The translations under genes and the position numbers were made by a program. A DNA stretch of 64,000 nucleotides from Candidatus Multivorans sp. (GTDB lineage Bacteria > Acidobacteriota > Thermoanaerobaculia > Multivoradales > Multivoraceae), in assembly GCA_965247095.1 (NCBI GenBank), contig OZ251997.1, positions 3,616,001 to 3,680,000 of the forward strand. The letters are read 5' to 3'. The notes under the pieces are model-generated. The model was given only the letters and a program-made list of their open reading frames with translations, was not told the origin of the DNA and did not search any database. The stretch's first letter is position 1, and each line of letters starts with the position of its first letter. Below, one piece after another: positions 43,154-52,748 of this stretch.

Positions 43154-43242
43154 GTCGGTCGGCATGACCGACACACCCGCTTGCGCCGAGGGTCGCAGGA
43201 GAGGGTAGAACACAGACTGCCCAATAGGATAGCGCCCGCTCC

Positions 43243-45465
43243 ATGCACGACGCGATGCCCAAGGAGAGGCTCTCTCCAGAGGAACCGATCGACAGCTTGG
43301 GCGGCTGGATCCCGATAGCGCACGTGTTCGGTCTTTGGGCCTTTGCCGTAGCGCAGCCCGTCCTCGACCTGATCGGAAGAGAACCGGGCTTCCTGGTGGC
43401 CCATCGCCTGACCGGGGTTCCGCTTGCCGCTCTGGCACTTGGCCTCGCCATCGGACCCCCGGCTCTCCTGGCGGCGCCACTTGCCTTCCCCGCCGTGCAT
43501 CGGAGCCGCGTAGGGCGTTTATGGACGGACGGTATTCGGGCGCTGCTGGCGGGGGCGTTCCTGCTCCAACTGTTCCATCGGCTGCCAGGCGCACTGGCAC
43601 TGGCGCTGGCAGCCGCCGGAGGCGCCAGTGCGGTGTTCTGCCTGCGCCGCTACCGCGCGTTCTCGGGCCTTGTCAGCGTGACTGCTGCCGCAGCGGTCAT
43701 TGCGCCGCTTGTCTTTCTGTTCCGGCCGAGCGTTCGCGATCTGCTCCTGACAGGACCGGCTATCGAACCCAGCGCCCAAGCCGCCGGGGCGCCCGCAATC
43801 GGGTCGGACACCCCGATCGTCTTCGTGGTCTTTGACGAGCTGCCGACGAGTTCGATTCAAAAGCCGGACGGCTTGATCGATGATCGTCGCTATCCCTCCT
43901 TCGCCGCCCTGGCGGCAAGCGCCGACTGGTACCCGCGAGCGCTTACCACGGCGACCCAGACGGAGAGGGCGATACCCACACTGCTGACCGGCAACTTGCC
44001 TCGGCCGGATGCGAACGCGCACTACCGCGACTACCCGGCGAACCTCTTCTCATGGCTGGGCCAGGGCGGTTACAGGATTGTCGCGTACGAAGCGTTCGGC
44101 CTCCTCTGTCCACCGGCCGTCTGCACCGAACCGCCGCTAGCCGGCCCCTGGGAACGTCTTGTCGCCGTGGCCGACGACCTCGGCGTCGTCTACGGCCACC
44201 TGTTGCTGCCACCGACGATCCGGACCGGTCTGCCCGAAGTGGACCAAACCTGGACCGGATTTCGTGACCGGGGCCGATCGGGAGAAAGAGCCGAAGACAC
44301 GGGCGGCCGCGGGCTCCACCAGGATGTCCCGCGCGTCGTCGATAGCTTTCTCTCTCGCATGGAACGCGACCGGAGCCGCACGCCGGCGCTGTACTACCTG
44401 CACTTGAACCTTCCCCATGTTCCGTGGAGGTACCTTCCTTCCGGCCGGGAGTACGTTCCGATCGGCGCGCCGGTCATTCCCCCGGGCCTCGACGATCCCC
44501 AGGTGCTCGAGGACGAGTGGCTCTACGTCCAGGGTCTCCAGCGGTTTCTCCTCCAGGTGGGCTACACCGATCGCGTGTTGGGCCGGATCGTCGACCGCCT
44601 TCGACGCGTCGGCCTCTACGATCGCGCCCTGATCGTCGTCACGGCGGATCATGGCTTTCGTGCCGGAGCGCTGCGCCGGGCAGTCACTGAAGCGAACTTC
44701 GAGGAACTCATGGAGGTGCCGCTGTTCGTCAAGCGTCCCGGGCAGCAGGAGGGAAGAGTCGTCAAGCACGTTGTGCAGACCATCGACATCGTTCCCACGA
44801 TCGGCGCGACACTTGCTGCCGAGCCGCCGTGGGAAGTCGACGGCACTCTCCTCAGCGACACGTCGGCACGGGAGCTCACCGTGTGCTGCTATGCGCCGCC
44901 CACGCCGCCGACGCTGAGCTTTCGGACGGATCCTGTTCGGCGTCAGAGCACACTTGATCGGCTCCACCGGTTGTTCGGCACCGAGGCCGGGTCGCCGCCG
45001 CTCGTTGCCGGGGACCCGTTCGATGGTGTCTTCGCAGCCGGGCCGAGGCCGGATCTCCTGGGCCGCCCGGCCGCCGACTTCATCCGCGAGCTTCCTGACG
45101 GCGAGAGTTCCCAGGTTGTTCGCGCCATCCTCACCTCGCGACACGCCTACGAGGACGTGAGACCCCAGAGCGGCTTCGTGCCGAGCCTGATCGGCGGTCG
45201 GATCGATCCCGGTATCGTCGACGGAACGAAGCTGGCGGTCGCCGTGGACGGCATCGTGCGGGCTACGACCGAGACCTTTACTCACCGCAGGGCCAGCCGG
45301 TTCTCAGCGCTGGTCCACGAGCGGTGGCTGCCGGCCGGCAGTCATCGAGTCGCGATCTACGCTATCGAGGACGGTGCGGGCCAACCCCAAGGTGCTGGTC
45401 AGACCGCGCTGCGACCGCTGCCAGCCGCCGAGTCTAAGTCGCGCCCGCGGCCGAGGGCACGATGA
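43243..45465 (+). CDS. Membrane-anchored alkaline-phosphatase-superfamily (sulfatase-like) hydrolase/transferase
   Basis: About five N-terminal TM helices, VFDE, T-x-x-A-I-P-x-x-L-T-G, LPHVPW, TADHG, VPLFVK, TIDIVPT. Confidence 0.8.
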   Translation: MHDAMPKERLSPEEPIDSLGGWIPIAHVFGLWAFAVAQPVLDLIGREPGFLVAHRLTGVPLAALALGLAIGPPALLAAPLAFPAVHRSRVGRLWTDGIRALLAGAFLLQLFHRLPGALALALAAAGGASAVFCLRRYRAFSGLVSVTAAAAVIAPLVFLFRPSVRDLLLTGPAIEPSAQAAGAPAIGSDTPIVFVVFDELPTSSIQKPDGLIDDRRYPSFAALAASADWYPRALTTATQTERAIPTLLTGNLPRPDANAHYRDYPANLFSWLGQGGYRIVAYEAFGLLCPPAVCTEPPLAGPWERLVAVADDLGVVYGHLLLPPTIRTGLPEVDQTWTGFRDRGRSGERAEDTGGRGLHQDVPRVVDSFLSRMERDRSRTPALYYLHLNLPHVPWRYLPSGREYVPIGAPVIPPGLDDPQVLEDEWLYVQGLQRFLLQVGYTDRVLGRIVDRLRRVGLYDRALIVVTADHGFRAGALRRAVTEANFEELMEVPLFVKRPGQQEGRVVKHVVQTIDIVPTIGATLAAEPPWEVDGTLLSDTSARELTVCCYAPPTPPTLSFRTDPVRRQSTLDRLHRLFGTEAGSPPLVAGDPFDGVFAAGPRPDLLGRPAADFIRELPDGESSQVVRAILTSRHAYEDVRPQSGFVPSLIGGRIDPGIVDGTKLAVAVDGIVRATTETFTHRRASRFSALVHERWLPAGSHRVAIYAIEDGAGQPQGAGQTALRPLPAAESKSRPRPRAR

Positions 45466-46270
45466 TCAGCAGTTGAATCGCGTCGAAGACCGCGTGCGCC
45501 GCGATGGCCGGCCAGATGTTCCCGCGCCAGCGCACGAGCAGGCTGAAGGCGACGGATAGCAGGCCGACCCCCAGCAGCAGGAAGGGCTGTTCGTAGTTCA
45601 GGTGCGCGAGCACGAAGAGGACGTTCGACACGCCGAAGCCGACCCGGGGCATCAGGAAGCCGCGGAAGAAGATCTCCTCGACGACGCCGGCGGAGAGGCT
45701 CACCATGACCCGCAGCAGGATCGGCAGGCTTCCCATCCAGAGCACCATCTTCGGCGCCTCGCTGGGCAGGTTCTCGAAGCCCCCGACGAAGCCGACGGCC
45801 AGTGCCGTAAACAGCACCACGGCCAGCACGCTCGCCCACAGAACGACGCCCGCCCCGATGCCGAGTCCGACCTCGGCCGGCATGCTCTGCCCGGGTCTGA
45901 GGCGCAGTCCGAGCTGGCCTCGGATCACCGTGCCGGCATCGTGCCCGCAACGCCAGTATCCGAGCATCAACCAAACCGCCAGCGTTGCGACCAGGATCGC
46001 GTGCATCTGGAACAGGTTCAGCGGCGACAGGTTCTCGAAGTCGATCTCGTTGACACGCGACGGCAGGCCGATCTGGCCGGCGGTCGCGAACACGCCCACC
46101 CAGAGCACCAGGCCCAGCAGCACCATCGCGGCGACGCGGCGGCGAATGCCGCCGGGCGCGGCGGCCGCGAAACGGGGCGGCAGCAGTCCCCGCGCCAAAG
46201 TCGAGCGGTCGATCCACCAGGCGCAGGCAGCGCCGGCAAGAAGCGGCAGGAAGAATCGAATGAGGGTCAT
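45434..46270 (-). CDS. CPBP/Abi-family intramembrane metalloprotease
   Basis: EEIFFRG, FVLAH, AHAVFD. Confidence 0.9.
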   Translation of the reverse strand: MTLIRFFLPLLAGAACAWWIDRSTLARGLLPPRFAAAAPGGIRRRVAAMVLLGLVLWVGVFATAGQIGLPSRVNEIDFENLSPLNLFQMHAILVATLAVWLMLGYWRCGHDAGTVIRGQLGLRLRPGQSMPAEVGLGIGAGVVLWASVLAVVLFTALAVGFVGGFENLPSEAPKMVLWMGSLPILLRVMVSLSAGVVEEIFFRGFLMPRVGFGVSNVLFVLAHLNYEQPFLLLGVGLLSVAFSLLVRWRGNIWPAIAAHAVFDAIQLLIIVPSAAGAT

Positions 46271-46372
46271 GGGAGACTTGGGGGTGGGCGGTCGGTCCGT
46301 CGATGGGCGATGCTACCCAGTGTTTCGGACTGCTAGGGTTCGGCGCTGCCGCAGACCATTCAGGAGGGTGCC

Positions 46373-47617
46373 TTGGAGCGATTTCCCGGCGTTGATTTCA
46401 TGAAGTTCGACTCGCTGCTTAGCGGCGAGGAGCGCTTGATCAGAGACACCGTTCGTCAGTTCGTCGACGAGCGCGTGAAGCCCATTATCGAGCAGTGCCA
46501 TCGCGATGCCCGCGCGCCGATGGAGCTCGCGCCCGAGATCGGCGATCTGAACCTGTTCGGGGCGAACTTCACGGAGTATGGACTCCCCGGCCTGGGCGAT
46601 GTCGCGTACGGGCTCGTGATGCAGGAATTGGAGCGCGGCGACTCCGGCATCCGCAGCATGGTCTCGGTGCAGAGTTCCCTGGTCATGTACCCGATCCTCA
46701 CCTTCGGCTCGAAGGAACAGAAGGACCGCTTCATCCCGGGGCTCGCGAGCGGGCGGATGATCGGCTGCTTCGGCCTCACGGAGCCGGACTTCGGCTCGAA
46801 TCCGTCGGCGATGCGCACGCGCGCGCGCCGCGATGGGGGCTGCTGGGTGCTGAACGGCGCCAAGCAGTGGATCACGAACGGCAGCGTCGCCGATGTCGCC
46901 GTCGTGTGGGCGCGCACGGACGAGGGGATCAGGGGCTTTCTGGTCGAGAAGGGCGCCGAGGGCTTCGTGAGCGCCGAGCAGCACGGCAAGTTCTCCCTGC
47001 GGGCCTCGGTGACCGGCGAACTCTCGTTCCAGAACTGCCGGATTCCGGCCGAGAACATCCTGGCCGGCACCCGCGGCGTCGGCAGCGCGCTCCAGACCCT
47101 GAACCAGGCCCGCTACGGCATCTGCTGGGGCGGGCTAGGCTCGGCAATGGAGTGCTACCACACGGCGCTCGAGTACGCCCGCCAGCGGGTGCAGTTCGCC
47201 GGCCAGCCGATCGCTTCTCACCAACTGGTCCAGGAAAAGCTGGCGTGGATGATCACCGAGATCACGAAGGGCCAGTTCCTCGCCTACCAGTTGGCGGGGC
47301 TGAAGACGGCCGGGACGATGGCGCCGCAGCACGTCTCGATGTGCAAGCGGAACAACGTCTGGGTGGCGCGCGAATGCGCCAAGCTGGCGCGCGAGATCCT
47401 GGGCGCCAACGGCATCTCCGACGAGTATCCTGTGATCCGCCACATGCTGAACATCGAGTCGGTCTACACCTATGAAGGGACTCACGACATCCATGGCCTG
47501 GTGATCGGCGCCGCGGTGACCGGTATCCCCTCCTTCAACCCGCCGATGACCCGCACGCAGGCGCGGGAGGCCGCCGCGCGCCCCGAGCAGGTCGCGGTGG
47601 CGTCGGGGGGGAACTGA
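46373..47617 (+). CDS. Acyl-CoA dehydrogenase, glutaryl-CoA dehydrogenase-like
   Basis: [42 protein letters not shown]. Confidence 0.9.
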   Translation: MERFPGVDFMKFDSLLSGEERLIRDTVRQFVDERVKPIIEQCHRDARAPMELAPEIGDLNLFGANFTEYGLPGLGDVAYGLVMQELERGDSGIRSMVSVQSSLVMYPILTFGSKEQKDRFIPGLASGRMIGCFGLTEPDFGSNPSAMRTRARRDGGCWVLNGAKQWITNGSVADVAVVWARTDEGIRGFLVEKGAEGFVSAEQHGKFSLRASVTGELSFQNCRIPAENILAGTRGVGSALQTLNQARYGICWGGLGSAMECYHTALEYARQRVQFAGQPIASHQLVQEKLAWMITEITKGQFLAYQLAGLKTAGTMAPQHVSMCKRNNVWVARECAKLAREILGANGISDEYPVIRHMLNIESVYTYEGTHDIHGLVIGAAVTGIPSFNPPMTRTQAREAAARPEQVAVASGGN

Positions 47618-48591
47618 TGGCCGGCGGCCTGCGCGAGCACGACTTCGTCGCCGTCACCGAGGCGGCCGCGGTTGCCGCGGCGCAGACCATGGGCTACGGC
47701 GACCGTCGCCACTCGGACCACGTTTCGGTGGAGGCGATGCGCGAGGCGCTGGCGACCATGGCGATCGACGGCCGGGTCGTGATCGGCGAGGGGGAGCGGG
47801 ACAAGGCGCCGATGCTCTACGTCGGGGAGCGGGTCGGCCGCGGCGCTCCCGGCGACTTGCCGGTGGACTTTGCCGTCGATCCGTTGGAGGGAACGAACCT
47901 CTGCGCCACCGGCGCCGCGGAAGCGATGGCGGTGCTCGCGGTATCGGAGCGCGGCGGCCTTCTCCATGCGCCGGACATCTACATGGACAAGATCGTGGTC
48001 GGCCCGACCGCCCGCGGCAGAGTCGACCTGGATGCGCCGGTGGAGGACAACCTGAACGCCATCGCCGGCGCCTTCAACTGCGCGGTCAGCGCCTTGACGA
48101 TCGTGGTGCTCGACCGGGACCGCCACCGCGGTCTGATCGAGGACATCCGCGGCGCCGGCGCCCGGATCAAGCTGATCGGCGACGGCGACCTTTCGACGGC
48201 GATCGCCGCGGCCGTGCGCGGCACCGGTGTCCACGCGGTGATCGGCACCGGCGGCGCGCCGGAAGGGGTGATCACGGCGGCGGCGATGCGCTGCCTGGGC
48301 GGCGAGATCCAGGGCCGGCTGTCCGCCCTCTCCGAGGAGCAGGAGCGCCGGCTCGAGGAGGTCGGGATCGAGGACCGGGACAGGCTCTACACCACCGACG
48401 AGCTGGCGCCCGGCGAGGACATCGTGTTCTGCTGCACCGGCGTCACGGGCGGAGACCTGCTCCGCGGCGTCCGGTTCGAGGGCGACGGGTACCGCACGTC
48501 GACGCTGGTCATGTCGCTTGCCGACGGCGTGATCCGGTTCGTCGAGACGATTCACCGCGGCGACGATGGCGGCCCCGTGGTGTTCTACTGA
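47617..48591 (+). CDS. glpX: Class II fructose-1,6-bisphosphatase
   Basis: [42 protein letters not shown]. Confidence 0.95.
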   Translation: MAGGLREHDFVAVTEAAAVAAAQTMGYGDRRHSDHVSVEAMREALATMAIDGRVVIGEGERDKAPMLYVGERVGRGAPGDLPVDFAVDPLEGTNLCATGAAEAMAVLAVSERGGLLHAPDIYMDKIVVGPTARGRVDLDAPVEDNLNAIAGAFNCAVSALTIVVLDRDRHRGLIEDIRGAGARIKLIGDGDLSTAIAAAVRGTGVHAVIGTGGAPEGVITAAAMRCLGGEIQGRLSALSEEQERRLEEVGIEDRDRLYTTDELAPGEDIVFCCTGVTGGDLLRGVRFEGDGYRTSTLVMSLADGVIRFVETIHRGDDGGPVVFY

Positions 48592-48639
48592 GGGGCGACC
48601 GGTGCGCGAGGGCACGAGACAGAGGGCGGAGGCGCCGGC

Positions 48640-49128
48640 GTGATCAAGCCGGACCACTGGATTCGCGCCTGGGGCGAGGGCGGCGGGGTGACGCCGTTCG
48701 AGCCTGCGCAGGTGAACGCGGCGAGTTACGACGTCCGGGTGGGCGATCACTGGATCTGTCCGACCCGCGACCCGGAGGAGTTCCGGGGAGACAAGGTGAA
48801 GCTGTTTCCGAACGAGGTCCTGCTCGCCACGACTCTCGAGTTCGTGCGCATCCCGCGGTCGGTGGCCTGCGACCTGAAGCTCAAGTCGACCCTGGGCCGG
48901 CTGTGGATCAACCACTCCCTGGCCGGCTGGTGCGACCCTGGCTTCGAAGGCAACATCACGCTCGAGTTGCAGAACCTGGGACCGGTGCCGTTCGTGCTCG
49001 ATGCCGGCCGCCGGATCGCCCAGTTGATCTTCATTGCGATGGAGTCGGAACCGCAGACCGCCTACGGCGAACCGGGCGCGGGGAGCAAGTACCAGCATCA
49101 GCGCGGCGCGACGCGAGCGCGGAGCTGA
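48640..49128 (+). CDS. dcd: dCTP deaminase
   Basis: NAASYDVR, KSTLGR, AGWCDPGFEGNITLE, SKYQ. Confidence 0.9.
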   Translation: MIKPDHWIRAWGEGGGVTPFEPAQVNAASYDVRVGDHWICPTRDPEEFRGDKVKLFPNEVLLATTLEFVRIPRSVACDLKLKSTLGRLWINHSLAGWCDPGFEGNITLELQNLGPVPFVLDAGRRIAQLIFIAMESEPQTAYGEPGAGSKYQHQRGATRARS

Positions 49129-49143
49129 ACGGGACCGGCGATC

Positions 49144-49611
49144 GTGTCCGCACCTGTTCGGCAGACCATCCGGCTCAGGATAGGCAGCCGGTACGAGAAC
49201 ATCGAACTGGTGCAGGCGGTTCTGGACGAAGCGCTTAAGCCGCTAAAGGTGGACGAGGAAAGCAGCTACTGGCTGGACATCGCGCTGCGGGAAGCTCTGA
49301 CCAACGCGATCAAGCACGGCAACGCGCTGGACCCCGAGAAGAAAGTCGAGGTCGCGCTGAAGGTGGGCGCGGACGAGATCGAGATCACGGTGGAGGATGA
49401 GGGCAGCGGATTCGACCCGGCCGCGGTGGAGGATCCACTGGCGCCGGACAACCTGCTGAAGACCGAAGGCCGGGGAATCTTCTATATGAGGAAGTTCATG
49501 GATAAGATCGAGTACGACTTCGGCGCCGGGGGCGGCACCAAGGTTCGGCTTCACAAGAAGTTCGGCGATTCGTGCGTCGGCGCCGAAGGAGACCAGGGAG
49601 GAGCGGAATGA
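49144..49611 (+). CDS. Anti-sigma factor Ser/Thr kinase (RsbW-like)
   Basis: EALTNAIKHGN, DEGSGFD, GRGIF. Confidence 0.9.
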   Translation: MSAPVRQTIRLRIGSRYENIELVQAVLDEALKPLKVDEESSYWLDIALREALTNAIKHGNALDPEKKVEVALKVGADEIEITVEDEGSGFDPAAVEDPLAPDNLLKTEGRGIFYMRKFMDKIEYDFGAGGGTKVRLHKKFGDSCVGAEGDQGGAE

Positions 49612-49946
49612 AGATTGACAAGCGCCAACGGGATGGAGCGACGATTCTCGATCTCCAGGGCAAGATCACCATAGGCGAGGGAGACGTTGCTCTGAGGGAG
49701 GCCGTTCACGAAGCGATCGGCGCGGGTGCTGTGAACATTCTGCTCAATATGGGCCGGGTGCGAATGATCGACTCTTCCGGCGTCGGCGAGTTGATTGCCG
49801 CCTACACCACGGTGACCAACCGCGGCGGCAGGCTGGGTCTGTTCTCTCTGCCGAGGCGGGTGCTCGGCGTGCTGCAGATCACCCAGTTGGTCACGGTGCT
49901 CGACATCATGAAGGACGAGGCCGAGGCGGTCGCGTCGCTCTCCTGA
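49608..49946 (+). CDS. STAS-domain anti-sigma factor antagonist (RsbV-like)
   Basis: LQGKITIG, IDSSGVGEL phospho-Ser motif, LQIT. Confidence 0.92.
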   Translation: MKIDKRQRDGATILDLQGKITIGEGDVALREAVHEAIGAGAVNILLNMGRVRMIDSSGVGELIAAYTTVTNRGGRLGLFSLPRRVLGVLQITQLVTVLDIMKDEAEAVASLS

Positions 49947-49953
49947 CGGACGG

Positions 49954-51183
49954 GTGATCGCACTCAGGCAGGGACGCGGGCAGGAGCGTCCGCCGGTGGA
50001 CCGCCGGGCGGGGACATCCGACGGCAACCTGCGCGGCAGGCTGCTCTTCGTCGGCGTCTCGCTGCTCCTCGTCCTGGGCCTTGCCAGCGGCGCGTGGCTG
50101 GGCGCCAGCGACGACGAGCCGGGCACCGACTCAATCTACAAGTACATCACGCTGTGGGAGGAAGTCCTGCGGCTGATCCGTGGCTCGTACGTCGAGGAGG
50201 TCGACGGTCGCGGCCTGATGGCGGGCGCGCTGGACGGGGTGACCGACGCCCTGGATCCGTTCTCGGTCTATGTGCCGGCGAGCGAGGTGGAGTCCTACCG
50301 GGCCGCGCGGGAGATCGGGCGCCGTCACAGCGGTCTCCTGGTGCTGAAGGAGCGTGGGACGGCCTACGTCGCCGCGGTGGACCGCGGCAGTCCAGCGGAC
50401 CTGGAAGGGTTCGAACTGGGCGACATTGTCGCCGGCATCAATGGCCGTTCGTCTCGTGAGATGCCGCTGTGGGAGCTGCGCCGGCAACTCGCGGCTTCCG
50501 TCGGTTCCGAGTTGCGGCTCGAACTGGTGCGGCGCGGCGAGAGCATCGATACGAGCCTCGTCCTTGCGGAGTACGACCTTCTACCGCCGGAATTCGAGGA
50601 GGTTCGCGGCGTCGGCGTGCTGACGATCCCGAGCTTCGGCGCCGACACGGCAGCCCAGGTCGATGCCGCGCTGGCGGGGTACGAGGGCGCCTCGCTGCTG
50701 ATCGATCTGCGCGGCGTTGCCGGAGGGTCGGTGGCGGACGCGTACGCGGTTGCAGGCCGGTTCGCGCAGGGCGACCTGGGCGGCCTGCTGGACCGCGAGG
50801 ACCGCGAGCTCCGCAGCTTCGACGGCGACGGCGGCTTGTTCGCGGGCGACGTTGCGGTGCTGGTCGACCGGAGTTCGCAGGGCGCCTCCGAAGTCCTGAC
50901 CGCCGTGTTGCAAAAGGCTGTCGACGCCGAGCTGTACGGTGAACCGACCTTCGGTTACGCGGGAGAGGTGGAGCAGATCGAGCTGCCGAACGACGGCGGC
51001 GTGCTGGAGTTGACCTCGGCCTTCTACACCGATCCGGACGGTGAGCGGCTCAACCGCAGGATCCGCATGGAGCAGGACCACCGTCTCGGCGCCCTCTTCT
51101 TCGTGGAGCCGGAAGACGGATCGGATCCCGTGCTCGAGGGCGCGATCGATCGGATTCTCGATCCCGAGGATCCGAAGGCGTAG
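49954..51183 (+). CDS. S41 (CtpA-like) PDZ peptidase homologue, catalytic residues apparently substituted
   Basis: LDPFSVY, PDZ GSPA, IDLR, SQGASE, GEPTFGY. Confidence 0.8.
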   Translation: MIALRQGRGQERPPVDRRAGTSDGNLRGRLLFVGVSLLLVLGLASGAWLGASDDEPGTDSIYKYITLWEEVLRLIRGSYVEEVDGRGLMAGALDGVTDALDPFSVYVPASEVESYRAAREIGRRHSGLLVLKERGTAYVAAVDRGSPADLEGFELGDIVAGINGRSSREMPLWELRRQLAASVGSELRLELVRRGESIDTSLVLAEYDLLPPEFEEVRGVGVLTIPSFGADTAAQVDAALAGYEGASLLIDLRGVAGGSVADAYAVAGRFAQGDLGGLLDREDRELRSFDGDGGLFAGDVAVLVDRSSQGASEVLTAVLQKAVDAELYGEPTFGYAGEVEQIELPNDGGVLELTSAFYTDPDGERLNRRIRMEQDHRLGALFFVEPEDGSDPVLEGAIDRILDPEDPKA

Positions 51184-51198
51184 CAACCAAACGCTGCC

Positions 51199-52029
51199 CT
51201 ACTCGTCCCGCTTGGCGCGTTCCCAGAGCAGCTCCATGCGCTGCCGGCGAGCGTTGTGGTTTTCGCCGTCCGCTCCCGCTTCGAGTTCCGCTTCCACGAC
51301 GGCGAAGCGGCGGCGGAACTTCCGGTTGGCGGCCGCCAGGGCGCGCTCCGGGTCCACCTTGAGGTGGCGGGCGAGGTTGGCGACCGCGAAGAGTACGTCG
51401 CCCAGCTCTTCCTCGACCCTTGTGGTCGCTTGCGGCCCGTCCGCCGGCGCGTCCTTCGCCGTCTCCCGGTCGAGTTCCTCAAGCTCCTCGGACACCTTGG
51501 CGCGCACGGCCGCGGGAGCGTCCCAGTCGAAGCCGATGCCGGCCGCCTTCTGCCCGAGCCGGTAGGCGCCGACCAGAGCCGGCAGCGAGGACGGTACGCC
51601 GTCCAGCGCGGAACGTCCGGTATCGCGGCGCTTGCGTTGCTCCCACAGCGCCGCGACCTCGGCCGCGGACTCGGCCCGGCCCCGAGCCTCCTCGTTGCCG
51701 AAGACGTGCGGGTGACGGGCAACCATCTTCTCGATCACCGTTTGGATGGCGTCGCCGACGGGAACGTCCGACAACTCGGCGCTGGCGAGCCGGGCGACGT
51801 AGACCGCCTCGAACAGCAGGTCGCCCAGCTCTTCGTTGATCGCCGCGGTGTCGCGCTCGTCGATCGCGGCGGCCAGTTCGTGCGCCTCCTCGATCAGGTA
51901 GGCGCGCAGGTCGGAGAGGGATAGCTCCCGGTCCCAGGGGCAGTCGATGCGAAGCCGGTCGATCAGCGCCGCGATCGGGGCCAGCGAGGAGGGGTCCGCG
52001 GCTCGGTCTGCTCTGTTACGATCGTTCAT
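51199..52029 (-). CDS. mazG: Nucleoside triphosphate pyrophosphohydrolase MazG
   Basis: CPWD, EEAHE, EELGDLL, RHPHVF, GFDW, EELGDVLF, KFRRRF. Confidence 0.95.
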   Translation of the reverse strand: MNDRNRADRAADPSSLAPIAALIDRLRIDCPWDRELSLSDLRAYLIEEAHELAAAIDERDTAAINEELGDLLFEAVYVARLASAELSDVPVGDAIQTVIEKMVARHPHVFGNEEARGRAESAAEVAALWEQRKRRDTGRSALDGVPSSLPALVGAYRLGQKAAGIGFDWDAPAAVRAKVSEELEELDRETAKDAPADGPQATTRVEEELGDVLFAVANLARHLKVDPERALAAANRKFRRRFAVVEAELEAGADGENHNARRQRMELLWERAKRDE

Positions 52030-52051
52030 TCTTTCGGCGGGGAGGTCGGAT

Positions 52052-52495
52052 GTGAAGGTCACCGACAAAAGGATGTTCACGGACGACGGCGAACTGCGCG
52101 AAGAGTACCGGTTTCTCGAGCAGCAGAAGGCGACCGCAGAGCCCGCGGCGACCGCGCCGGGGCCGCGTGTCGCCGGGCCGTCGCCGGGCCGGAGCGCGGC
52201 CCCCGATCCCTTGGTCGACGGATACGAAGCGTCGCCGGCCGCCGCCGGGCGCCCGGCGCCCGGCTTCATGGACCTGGTCGCGATGCTCGCCGAGCCGATT
52301 GCCTTCCTGCTGGGCGACGCGCAGCTTCCGGATGGCCAGAGCGCGCAGGATCTTCCCCGGGCGCGTCTGCATATCGACCTGCTGGCGGTGCTGCAGGAGA
52401 AGACCCGAGGGAACGTCAGCGCGGAGGAGAGCGGGATGGTGGAGAACCTCCTCGCTCAGCTCCGCATGCGCTACGTCGAGAAGAGCCGGAACTGA
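52052..52495 (+). CDS. DUF1844-like protein
   Basis: KVTDKR N-terminus; ARLHIDLLAVLQEKTRGN...LRMRYV; start approximate. Confidence 0.75.
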   Translation: MKVTDKRMFTDDGELREEYRFLEQQKATAEPAATAPGPRVAGPSPGRSAAPDPLVDGYEASPAAAGRPAPGFMDLVAMLAEPIAFLLGDAQLPDGQSAQDLPRARLHIDLLAVLQEKTRGNVSAEESGMVENLLAQLRMRYVEKSRN

Positions 52496-52562
52496 CGACG
52501 TAGACGGAGGTCCCTCGCGCCCACCGGGCTCAGGGGGGTGGCTGGGCAGGTAGTTGCCTGGA

Positions 52563-52629
52563 CATGAGTGTTCGACTATCAGATCAGGGCCGCTCGGGAC
52601 TTGACATTGGAACGCTTAGGTCCTAGGGT
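52563..52629 (+). promoter_or_regulatory. dnaK promoter with two degenerate HAIR-like (HspR) operators
   Basis: TTGACA-N17-TAGGGT (52601-52629); CATGAGT-N7-TATCAGA and CTTGACA-N7-GCTTAGG versus consensus CTTGAGT-N7-ACTCAAG. Confidence 0.55.
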
Positions 52630-52748
52630 CTTCATCGTGCCGCAGCCGTAGCTGGACTGGAGAACGCCTGAATTCGGCGCCGCGGCGACCAAGAAAAGAA
52701 ACATGGCCCCGTTCGCGCCGTTGGCGCGGACGATCAGGAGACGAGAAC

